A DNA stretch of 64,000 nt from Phallusia mammillata (Eukaryota): positions 18,600,001-18,664,000 of the forward strand of contig OZ281501.1 in assembly GCA_965637545.1 (NCBI GenBank), read 5' to 3'. Below are positions 12,337 through 23,455 of this stretch, one piece after another. The number at the start of each line of letters is the position of its first letter. Positions within the stretch are counted from its first letter, which is position 1. The notes under the pieces are model-generated. The model was not told the DNA's origin. It saw nothing but the letters and a program-made list of their open reading frames with translations, and did no database searches. A program made the translations under genes and the position numbers.

Positions 12337-13695
12337 TTACTGCTCATGTAAAATACCATTTTCCATTAAAATTTTCCAATCCTGATCTTTAACTATAACA
12401 CCATCACTTGCTAAATCTTGCTCGTCACTTTCAAACGTCATCATGTCATGTAAAGCAGAGGAAAAGTCCAAAGGAGTGTCTGCGCATTTCATCAAAGAAA
12501 AACAAGCTTTGCGAAACACATTGTTGCAACTATACTTGACGATATCGGTTATAGCTTCTACTGTGCACTTTGTTGCGGTTGCACGACTTTCATTCTTATC
12601 TGACTGATTCTTGGCCAGAAGACACTTCTCCAAACAATTCATACAAACCTCATTTATATTTGTTTTGTTAAGTTCAACAATTTCTTCATAATTCTGCTGG
12701 ACATATTTCAGGCATTCCCACTTTGCAGGTACTTCTGACATTTCAATGTTTGCGTTGACTTCCAAATTTATAATTACTATGATGCTTAATGGGGCAAAAC
12801 TTTTTTTCCAAATTATTTCCCAATTACCATTCGGTAGTAAGTCATCACACAGTTTGCTATTCACTGCTTCAAGTACAGTAAAGGGCAAGTTTTTTGATGA
12901 TATAAAGTCCAAATATGATGCAATTTTACATGGCTCTAGTGACACATAGGGCATTCCGAAGGGGCCATATAAAAACACTGACAAAGCGGGGGCAGATGTT
13001 TTCATTAATGTAATTGCTGTGGATACATTGTAGGAATAAGTGTTGTATGTGCAAATGACTGGTTCACTTACTATAAATTCTAATGTTTGTTTTGGGCAAT
13101 GGCCAACATAAAATTCCGGTGTTAAAACTAGCCCTGTGGAGCACATATTGCAATTCATTTCCCATGTCATATCGTTTTTACCATCTTCTGTCAAAAAGCA
13201 GAAAGACACCGACGTAAATTCGTTAAACATGTTGTAAATGTGTTTAAGAAAGGCCATTAGACGAAGTCCAACTAGTTGTGCAAAGTTTGTGGAGCATACC
13301 ATTTTTAGAGCAAACGCAGATGTAAACTTCTCCGTCGGTGAACATTTCGTGTTGGTTTGAACAATGTCAAATTGGCTTTCTTCTTCACAAACTATGGTTT
13401 CGACTGTACTGTCAAGCTCGCTAGAAGTTTGCTGTGTTTGAAAACAAATGTTGGTCGCATTTTCTAACTCTATACAGCCGGACGCAAGTAGATCGTGTAG
13501 CTGAAATATCACCAGCCCTTTCGCTGCAACTTTGAACTTGTATTCACATACGTTTGTTTGCAAAGTTCGACCCGGACAAACAGTAATGTCAATCCAGCAA
13601 GGCGAACTGTCCGTTTTAGAAAGAAACGACAACTGTAAAACATTTGTTACCGTGTTGTAAAGTGAGCATAACTTTTTTTCCAACACAGCATCCAT
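12337..13695 (-). CDS. TOP6BL: Type II topoisomerase VI subunit B-like protein (TOPOVIBL), single exon, 452 aa
   Basis: Uninterrupted 452-aa ORF. LSVFLYGPFGMP resembles vertebrate TOP6BL VSIFLYGPLGLP, and AITDIVKYSCNNVFRKACFSLMKCADT resembles the transducer-helix segment [27 protein letters not shown]. Recognised from recalled motifs, not from a search. Confidence 0.72.
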   Translation of the reverse strand: MDAVLEKKLCSLYNTVTNVLQLSFLSKTDSSPCWIDITVCPGRTLQTNVCEYKFKVAAKGLVIFQLHDLLASGCIELENATNICFQTQQTSSELDSTVETIVCEEESQFDIVQTNTKCSPTEKFTSAFALKMVCSTNFAQLVGLRLMAFLKHIYNMFNEFTSVSFCFLTEDGKNDMTWEMNCNMCSTGLVLTPEFYVGHCPKQTLEFIVSEPVICTYNTYSYNVSTAITLMKTSAPALSVFLYGPFGMPYVSLEPCKIASYLDFISSKNLPFTVLEAVNSKLCDDLLPNGNWEIIWKKSFAPLSIIVIINLEVNANIEMSEVPAKWECLKYVQQNYEEIVELNKTNINEVCMNCLEKCLLAKNQSDKNESRATATKCTVEAITDIVKYSCNNVFRKACFSLMKCADTPLDFSSALHDMMTFESDEQDLASDGVIVKDQDWKILMENGILHEQ

Positions 13696-14115
13696 GTTGC
13701 AATTCCAATCTCAAAGCTGGGAAATTTACCTGTGGTAAAATTTATTCGCAGACAATTCAACCACGTGACCAATTATTTTCACTCGATTTGAGGTTCATAA
13801 GATATCGATGTTGTTTACAACACCATGTGTAAACTGTAAAACAATAACTTTGTATTCTTGCTGCAATTCAAAAATCTCGTGGAACCTTTTAACCTTTGCT
13901 TAAACAGAAAGTTGAAACATGGACTAAAGGCTACAATCCCTGAAGTAAACAACGAACCCAGGTAAATACACAAAAAGGGGTTAGGCAGAGTGACACATGG
14001 CGTTGTCTCACTTGCCAAATATTTACTAACTTTTTGACAGTATAATAGCGCAATAATCACATGCCTGCACTTTGAACTGAGCGTGTAGCAGTGATAAGGT
14101 ACTTGATCTTACAAG

Positions 14116-15497
14116 ATGGATTTTATGGATGTATCTTTTGATTCTGTTGAAAAAATTCCTTCACAATTACAATGGAAAATAGCAGGCGAACCCACGCTAA
14201 CAAAACTGACAAATGGAGAAGGGTAATTATAAATTTGTCATGGGTACTTGTGTAATATCAATGCAATCTTTGTTTTGTCTAAAATTGATTAGGTTATGGG
14301 TGCGGCCAGATTTTGAAACAGATTTTTGGAAAAACACTTACTATGATCCAGTTTTGGATGTTTACAATGGCCATGTTCTTGGACTGGACACTGCAGAAAA
14401 AATGTTTGTTGCTGAGACAAGGTTTTCCTTTGATCCAAAAGTAGGCAATGTTTGGACACTTATAGTTTAAATTTATGTTTTGTTTTGCTTAATTACAAAG
14501 GTATATGCATTCTCCATCCTATTGAATGTTGACTTCTAAAAAAACTAAATGGTAGAAAGAAACTTTCTCAGTCCATAAAAGAAAAAAAGTTTGGCAAGTT
14601 ATATATCTTACTAAGTGTTACTAAATTGTCTATATTTCCTTTTTTGAGCCTTATGAACTTATTTGATGCTACTTGAACCCTTTTGTGTGCAGGTAAAATT
14701 TGATCAGGCTGGTTTATTTGTTGGTCAAGATGAAAGTACTTGGCTTAAGGCTGGAGTTGAGTTTGTTGATGGTGAAGCCTGGCAAAGTGTGGTTGTTACC
14801 AGGGGCGACTTCTCTGATTGGTCGACTGCAACTGTACCTTGGAAACAGGGTGCTGATGTTTATGTGAGGGTTTACAGGTACCTAAGATTGTTTTGGTTTT
14901 GATTGTTTATGGCAGTGGTTAGGTTTAGCTTTTAAGGGCATGTGCTTTATATCTTTTTTCAAGGTTTTTATTTACATGCTTGCCAAACTGTTAATGTTTG
15001 TGTTTGTTGTAGGTGTGTCAGCTTCGAAAACATTGTGATTGTTTTAATGACTTTTGTCTGTTGTATGTTTAATTTGATACTATTTTAAATTCCAGATTAA
15101 ATTTCACTAAATTTTAATCGCATGAAACTATTCTTTTTCCATACTCAAAAAACATGTTTTTAAGCTGAGGTCTTATGCATTCTAAGTTTTGCAATGTATG
15201 TAAAAACCAAATGATCTTTGTATTTAGGAAAGTGTAAGATCATAAGATCAAATTGAACAGCATTTGTGCATGTGTTATTCCAGGGAAGGTACCAGCTATG
15301 TTGTTGAAGTGAGTGATGATGGTGTCAACTATAGATTTGTGCGAATTGCTCACATGCCTACTAATGACAAAGTTACTGTCGGTATGATGATGTGTCGTCC
15401 ACCAAAGGATGGAGGAGTTGGCAGTGAAAATATGGCAATGTTGTTTAAGCATTTTAAGCTTGCAGAAAATGATGGATACCACCACAGTGCAAATTAA
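14116..15497 (+). CDS. DUF1349 / Ree1-like concanavalin-fold protein, ~217 aa, 4 exons
   Basis: Exons 14116-14222, 14293-14440, 14693-14877, 15284-15497 (654 nt, phase-consistent). Family motifs [47 protein letters not shown]. Confidence 0.85.
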
Positions 15498-16267
15498 TGT
15501 TATTGCACTAAAAAACTTACTGGATTTTGCTATTATTGCATTTTATAATTTTATATATTATTGCAAAATCAAAATTTTCCTAAATCTAATCATATGCCTT
15601 AATCAAAGTAATTTACATTTTTATTGAACGTGTTTATTTCAGTGCTTTACAATACGACTTTATCATCAAATTTAGTAATTTTAGGCGTAAAGTGAATGTA
15701 TTTTCCAACATTAACCACTGTTTAACTTTTCTCACTACTTTGAAGTGGCTTTGGTGTCATGTCCTTTTTAGTGGTGCAGTCTTTTTCAGATAGCTCGAAC
15801 CTATCAGAAATAATAGCAGTTGTAGTGTGAAATAGTTGAGTTTTTGTATCACTCACCTTATTTAAGCTACGAAAAATCTGTCGAAACAAAAGGTGGGTGA
15901 AAAATGCGGATCTTTCATTGTCCCGTGGCGGACCTTTTAGGTCAACACGAATTGCTTTTGCGAACCTGTTATTTCAATGCAATTCAGTTTCGTGATAACC
16001 TTCTATCAGTTGGTAGTGGATCGTGTTATAATTGTAATCGGATAACGGGTTTGGTCTGGCCAAAATCGACCGCGAAACATTGAAAATTGAGAATTCAGAA
16101 GCAATTGCCGACCGTATCCGCCTCGCGGTCATGTTTTCGTGGCTTTGATCAATCGACAGTAACATAAATTTGGTGGGAAACTGCTCTGTTGCAATTTGTA
16201 AAGTAAAAAAAATCCCTCGGGGCCAAATACTGGTGTGAAAACGCAAGCAGAAGTTGAAAACAGAAAG

Positions 16268-18591
16268 ATGTTGCTACAAATAGTTCTAGTTACTATCGTT
16301 GTTAGATTTGCACAAGGTATTGTTCTTGTTGTGGTTTTCTTTAAATAAAACATTAAACGTTCCTAAATTATAGGCTTGGAATGTTGGCAATGTTCGGCGA
16401 ATAGCTTCAAGGAATGTCAGAAAACTGGAAAGTTGGTAACTTGCAGCTCAAGTGAGGTTCGAAATAATATTGTGTTTTCTATTGCTAAAAATCGTGAACG
16501 TTGTATTCCCTGACGAGGTTGTATTCACTACTCACAGGACGTTTGTTCAACAGTGGTTCGAAGATATTTTGTGGTTCATAGAATTTGGAAACAATGTAAA
16601 CAGAAACAATCGTGTTCAAGTGATCGTGAACAAGTAAGTGAAAAGTTTGTGCCACATTTTTGCCAAAAATGCTTGATTGAAACCCAGTGTTTAAGAATTG
16701 GGACAAATTTGGTGGTGGAAACAACCAGTGCAATGAGAACTTTCGTTCATCAGTTTGCACTTGCTGTTGCGAAAAGGATTCTTGCAACGTCAATGAAATG
16801 TGTAAAGGTAATGTGTACATTGGGTTGTCAATTGCGAAGTTTCTATGCCTTAAACTTTTTTGAATTTTAGCCAAGATAACATCAAACACTTGCAGCGCTG
16901 TTCGACCCAATTTCAAACATGGAAGGATGTTTTGCACGAATGGAAACAAAGTTGGATCAAAATATTTGTTCAGTTGTACTGATTCCGGCTTCTATCTCAA
17001 TCCGGCGGGTCATTCAACATCTCAATGTATGGGAAACGGGGAATGGACGCTCAAACCACCTTGTTGCTCAAGTTCGTATTACAGGACACTTAAACTTATT
17101 TATACAAAACTGTCACCATCTTGTTATCCTACATGCAATATGAACCTGCAGTTTACAGGTGCTTTAACCTTGTAACCTGGAAATTTTACCAACCATTGGT
17201 TAAAATAGCACGCATATGTTCATTTAAAACGTTTTTAAAAAGATGTACTTGATGCTTTTGTGTCACTCTCAAGATACAATTCAATGTACCCTTTATGCAG
17301 CCAACTTGCATTGATGCAAGATTTTACAAATAGCATAACTATACTGTTTTCATGTACAACAGAACAATGTCCACCGTATATTCCTTTTGACTTGGTCTGG
17401 GTTTACACCAGAAAAAGCAGAGAGAAGTTTGGATTGATCCGACGGACACTAAGGCAAAGTTTTAGGCGGTAAGAGCCAAGTCTAATCTATCCCGTGGTGG
17501 TATTCGAACCCACTAATAAAAACTAACTAGGTTCACCCGACATATATCAGTTTTGAAATGTTTACAGACTGCGACAAGAAAAGGAAAATCTTCGTGTGGG
17601 AAGAATCGTTTACAGTGATGTTGTTCACGAGGAAATCAGTTTCAATCTAAGAGCTGATTGGCAGAGCATTAGCCTTGAATATATTCGGGCCCAACTTGAT
17701 TTTTTGCCAGGTTTAAACTCCAGTTGCTGAAGCATTGATCCTCAAACATTTTTCTCATTTTCTAAACTAACAAATTATTTATTTTCACCAGACTCGGAAA
17801 TTGTCAACACGGGCGCCGCGCTTAAATATATCAAAGAAACCTTTTTTGCGAAAGATCACTGGAATTTGTCCCACGCCGACGTTGTCATAGTAACCACCGA
17901 CTCCGATTCCGACGATGACGTAACAAAAGTTGCAAAATCACTGAGAGATGACGGAGTTTTGGTGGGTTGAACTGAAGATAAATGTCCACGTAATATAAGT
18001 TAAAAGTTTCATGATAAGTGGACAGCTTCATATTGCACTATCAGTCGATCAGTTCTCAACAAAACATCCACTCAACTTTTACCATAAGACGGGGCACGAT
18101 CAACAGAAAAATCTGCTTGGCGGTACATTTATAGCTCTTGCAATCAAAAATTCGGCACTGAAATGTTTCTATGGTGCCCTCTTTTACATCTGTGACCAAA
18201 GTTCGTATCTACCAGTTAATCCAGCCCTTGATGTATTGAGGACTATCAACTTAACACTTTATATGCGATTGTTTGTAGCTAACAAAAGGTTAACACGTGC
18301 TTTCCTTACCTACTGGTTAATCCAACTACAAAACACAATGGATACGATTAACTATTGGTTGATATTATGCGATTGTATGTATCTAAGAGAAAGTGAATAT
18401 GATGATATATGTTTCAGGTGTATTCGGTGTTTCTGAAAACCAGCGAGAACAAACCCAACATGCAGGAGTTACTTGATATTGCTGGAGAGGAGGACCACGT
18501 GTTTATTGCTGATGAAAATGTAGAAGGGATTGGCGATCGAATAGCGGATGAGCTGATCGGCCATCTTTGCCAAAACCTTTGTGATGAATAG
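16268..18591 (+). CDS. Secreted Ly6/three-finger-Sushi(CCP)-VWA protein, copy 1, ~377 aa
   Basis: Exons 16268-16316 (signal peptide MLLQIVLVTIVVRFAQG), 16374-16456, 16538-16633, 16696-16807 (LECWQC..C..KQCKQKQSC..QC..VCTCCCEKDSCN), 16871-17071 (Sushi, ..GEWTLKPPCC), 17363-17468, 17568-17710, 17792-17961, 18418-18591 (VWA: PFDLVWV..RVGRIVYS..NTGAALKY..VIVTTDSDSDDDV..VYSVFL..LLDIA). Phase-consistent. Confidence 0.85.
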
Positions 18592-19098
18592 AATGTAAAT
18601 CCTCTGCTTGTGTTGCTTTTCATTTCACGAGTATTCACACCTGAAAAATACACGCAAAGCACATATTTCTTGCATGTATGCACTCACGAACAAACAAAAT
18701 ATGACTTTCTCATTTTATTTACAAAGTTGCGTTCAATTGTTACCAAAAAGCCGAAACTGTTGCTGAATCTGTTATGAAGTTATCGGTTTTCTGTGTTAGT
18801 GTTCTTTCAGTTCTTTAATGTTGTGACTTGCAGAAGACTAAGACTGTTTTTAAGTGTCAGGACTCAACGGGTGAAACGAAGAAAAGTGTTTGTATTTCTG
18901 AAACCATAGCCATTTGAAGCCTTGCGGCACAGGACTGTTTGACTTTGATTGAACGGTAAAATGTAAAAATCTGTTGAGTTAAGCAACTATCTACGCGAGG
19001 CATAAAACTCCTGGGGGCGGAACATTGACACAAAAAGGTTTGACACTGACCAAAAATCGCCCATTTGACCGGTCAAGCAAAAGTTGAAACCAGAAAAG

Positions 19099-22000
19099 AT
19101 GTTGTTACAAATATTTGTCGTTACTGCAGTCCTTGGGTTTGCACAAGGTATTGATCTATTATTTGCAAATACATAAAAACGTGCCTATATTGTAATATGG
19201 GATAAAACCTTGTTATTTTTTAGGCTTGGAATGTTGGCAGTGTTCGGCAAACAGCTTCAAGGAATGTCAGAAAACTGGAAAGTTGGTAACTTGCAGCTCA
19301 AGTGAGGTTCGAAATAATAATAATAATAATAATGATGGCATGAACCAAACGTTTGAACTATAAAGCATCCCACGTCTATTTGTGCCGTTATATTCATCAT
19401 TAAACTTATGAACAGATCCATGTATAGTGTTTCAAATAATACTATCGTTTTGTGTTTTAGCGTTTAAAAAGTTGGTTGTTCTAACGAAGTTGTATTCACA
19501 GGACGTTTGTTCAACAGTGGTTCGTAGATATTTTATGGTTCATAGAATTTGGAAACAATGTAAACAGAAACAATCTTGCTTAAGTGATCGTGAACAAGTA
19601 AGTGAAAGTTTCTGCCGAATTTACTCTAACAATGTTAGTTTAAACATTTGTTTTAAGAATTGGGACAAGTTTGGTGGAAACAACCAATGCAATGACAACT
19701 TTCGTTCATCGATTTGCACTTGCTGTTGCCAAAAGGATTCTTGCAACGTCAATGAAATGTGTAAAGGTATTTTTTTAACTTTCCTGTCCGTTGTTTAATT
19801 TCCATGTCCTCAACATTTTGTCGTATTATTTTCCATAACAGGCAAAGTTACATTGAACACTTGCAGCGCTATACGGCCAAATCTCAAACATGGAAGAATG
19901 TTTTGCACGAATGGAAACAAAGTTGGATCAAAATGTCTGTTCAGTTGTACTGATTCCGGCTTCTATCTCAATCCGGCGGGTCATTCAACATCTCAATGTA
20001 TGGGAAATGGGGAATGGTCGCTCAAACCACCTTGTTGCTCAAGTTAGTATTTTGCACAAAGACTTGTTTGTATAAAACTGCCACCCAAATGTTTATCTTT
20101 CTGCATACGATATGACCCTGTCGATCAACTTGAGCTGTTCCTTGTTTTTGCAACCAACATTATTGTGTTTTTCTTGAACATTTTGCCTCATCAGCAATAC
20201 TTAACAATCTGTTGTTTTATCTATTAGGACCATGTCCACCATATATTCCCTTTGATCTGGTTTGGGTTTTCACTAGAAAAAGCAGAGAAGATTTGGGGTT
20301 GGTCCAACGAACGCTGAGGAAAAGCTTTTCAAAGTAATAGTTTAGTTTGAAACTGTTATTGAATATCTACTACGAAAGTTGTTACGTTGTCATCTATGAT
20401 GTACACCAGTCATGTCATAAACCACAACATACCAGGCCTATTAGAGACGTGATACCGAGTCAACATAATCTCCCCATATGGCAAGAAATTGTTTTCAAAA
20501 CGTTAACGGTGGGATTCAAAGTCACTAGCCAAGAATAAAATTTGTCTGGGACTGGAACGAAATAAAGTCTCTTTAATTTCCATCTATGATATCAACCATC
20601 CATGACATAAATAACGGCACACCAGGCCATTTTGTGATACTGAATCAATAATATGAAAATGTACAGGTGGGATTCGAACACACGACTGTAGCTTATCCAG
20701 AATTGGCATGGCATAAAGTTCGTTTTAATTCCATTGCAGACTGCGTCGTGAAGAGGAAAATCTTCGTGTGGGAAGAATCGTTTACAGTGATGTTGTTCAC
20801 GAAGAAGTCAGTTTTAATCTGACTACTGACTGGTGGAACGTTCCCTTTGGAAAACTTCAGGCCATGCTCAAGTTTTTGCCTCCAGGTTTGAACTCAAGCA
20901 GCTAAAGCAGACAGTTTTCTTTCGTTCTCAGTCTTGCACATTGCATCGATAACACTTGTTGTTTTGTTTCTTGACATGGTTACATCTCCCGCAAGAAAAC
21001 GTACAGTTCGTTTATTAAACTTAAAACTAGAATCATCCAGCTTGTTGCTTGGCAGATGAAGATTATAATGAGCCTAATGTCTATTGATCTAACTTCATGA
21101 AAAAAACATTAGGCCACTCGTCCATAAGACTTAAGGATATATATATATATATATATTTCGCCTTTATAGCATTATCATGCAGTATCTTATTTAAATAGAA
21201 TGATGTTGGAAATATACATATAACTTATCTTAATATCTTAAGAACGAATAACTTAATGTTTTCATGAACTAAAACTTACAGCTTACTTGTGTTTACCCTA
21301 AAATATGTCAATTTTTCTATACAACTAGTTTCGCATTTGAGCTGTACTGACAAACAATTATTAATTTTCCCAGACTTGGGGATTGTTAACACAGGAGCCG
21401 CCCTCAAATACGTCAAAGATTACATGTTGGGCAAAGATCACTGGGATTTGTCGCACGCCGACATTGTCATAGCAGTCACTGATTCCGAATCCGACGATGA
21501 CGTAACAGTGATTGCGAAATCACTCAGGGATGACGGAGTTTTGGTAGGTTGAACTAATGAGAGATGGCCGCTTGGTGATAGACAGCCGTGTCTTACATAA
21601 CTACAATGTCGAAATTTTTTTAATATAGTCCAGTGATGACCATTTGTCTATTATTGTTTTTGGTTGTCTTGGTCTTTCCTTAGGCTTCAATGCATAGGCC
21701 TGTCAATCAAACTTACAGGCCTAAACGGACAAATACGATTCGGGTTCGGGCCCGGTTTTGGGCCCACATTTCAGGCCCGTTTACAACACTGATACAGACA
21801 TAAAAAACCCTGATCGGGATTCGTCCCCGGGTGGGTCCTGGGTTCGAACCCCGTGAAAACAGAAATACCAGAAGACCATAGATTAGACCTTAAGACTTTA
21901 AAGTAGACCTGGGCATTTTACGGCCCGCGGGCCACATCCGGCCCGTTGGCTGTCCCTGTCTGGCCCGCGTGAGGTTTAAGTAAATTAATAACATAGGTCT

Positions 22001-22796
22001 ATCTATGCTGTGCATGAAATACGGCAATTTTGCTGTTATTTTTAAAAGCCACTTGTTATATATGATTACGTAGTGATGACCGTGCTTAGTGGAACAGCTA
22101 CGTGTGATGCTGGTCAAAATCGTCATAAAACACAGATTGTTCAACCCATTGTTATGCGATAGAGCCTATAGTGCTCTTTTGTGTCAAAATAATATAGCGG
22201 GGATGGGAAAAACACAAAAATCTGATTTTCACAAACTGGAAAGCTTAAACGCAAATTTGATCAACCTAATTGAATAAAAACTTTGGGTTTTAACATTTCA
22301 GCGTAATATTGCAAGCTGCTATTTTTCATGTCAATTTGCCCGCTTATTTTTATGAAAACAATAAATATTTGCATTACAACGCTCAAATGTAGAACAAAGT
22401 TTAACCAAGTTATCGTTGGTTTGGCCCTCGGACATAGGTCAGGTTTCTTATGTGGCCCGTTTTAAAAATTAATTGCCCACCCCTGCTTTATAGGCTTAAA
22501 AGCACGCATCTTTGGTGACCTACACAGTGGTAGTTTCAGAATTTAGAGTGGGTGGGTGGCGAACCTGAAATGATTGTCGTACTGTTGATTGTCGTAAAAT
22601 GATTGTCGGATTTATGTTTCAGGTGTATTCTGTATTTCTTAAAACCCCTGAGAACAAACCCAACATGCAACAGCTGCTTGATATTGCTGGAGAGGAGGAG
22701 CACGTGTTTATTGCTGATGAAAATCTAGAAGGGATTGGCGATCGAATAGCGGATGAGCTGATCGGCCATCTTTGTCAAAACATCTGTGATGAATAG
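19099..22796 (+). CDS. Secreted Ly6-Sushi-VWA protein, copy 2, ~377 aa
   Basis: Exons 19099-19147, 19224-19306, 19502-19597, 19658-19766, 19842-20042, 20228-20333, 20740-20885, 21374-21543, 22623-22796; same structure as copy 1; 1134 nt in frame. Confidence 0.85.
19313..19333. repeat. (AAT)n microsatellite
   Basis: aataataataataataataat in intron 2 of copy 2. Confidence 0.8.
21136..21156. repeat. (TA)n microsatellite
   Basis: Run of about 10 TA units. Confidence 0.8.
21904..22485. mobile_element. hAT Charlie/MER1-like MITE in intron 8 of copy 2
   Basis: Ends TAGACCTGGGCA / TGCCCACCCCTG (imperfect TIR); subterminal CGGCCCGCGGGCCACATCCGGCCC; flanks CTTTAAAG / CTTTATAG (7/8 TSD). Confidence 0.7.
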
Positions 22797-23455
22797 AATG
22801 TAAATCCTCTGCTTGTGTAAAAGAAAAGTACAGGCAAAGCACATTGTTCTTGCATGTATGCACAAACGAAACAACAAATATGATTTACTCATTTGTTTGC
22901 AATGAATTGTTACCCAAACACAGAATGTAACATTTTTGCTTGTCTTGCTTTTAGAAATTTTGAATCTGAGTTGTGTGTCTGTGTTGCAATTCACGAATTT
23001 TGAACACCAAAAAATACACTTTTAGCACTTTTACACAAACAAACAACTTTCATTTAATTACTTTTTGTTTATTATTTGTGTCGCAAGTTGTCAAAAGCAC
23101 ACAATTGTTGCAAAATTTCGACCGCCAGAACCCAGTTAACTTTGTTACAAACACACAATTGTTAGTTTGTTTTGTACTTTTCTTAGTGACTTCTACTACC
23201 ATCAAGCAATTGCTTGATTTGCGACAAAACAGTCTTATAGTTAGCATTCATACATGTCATTATCATTTCAACAAGTTCAAGTCAGATCCGCCCTGCGGCG
23301 CAGGAACATGCTTCCGTGTGTTTGATTAAGCTGAGAATAAATCGTCAACTATCAAAACCCCCCAGGGCCGAACATTGACACAAAACCGTTCGACACTGAC
23401 CGAAAATTGCACTTTGTTCGATGAAACAGAAGTCGCTACGAGAGATACTACGAAT

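Noticed and set aside
15700-16246. Possible small minus-strand gene (MTARRIRSAIASEF.. / FAKAIRVDLKGPP..)
   Set aside because: The only candidate intron would be 34 nt and phase-incompatible; no recognisable family; overlaps the promoter of array copy 1.
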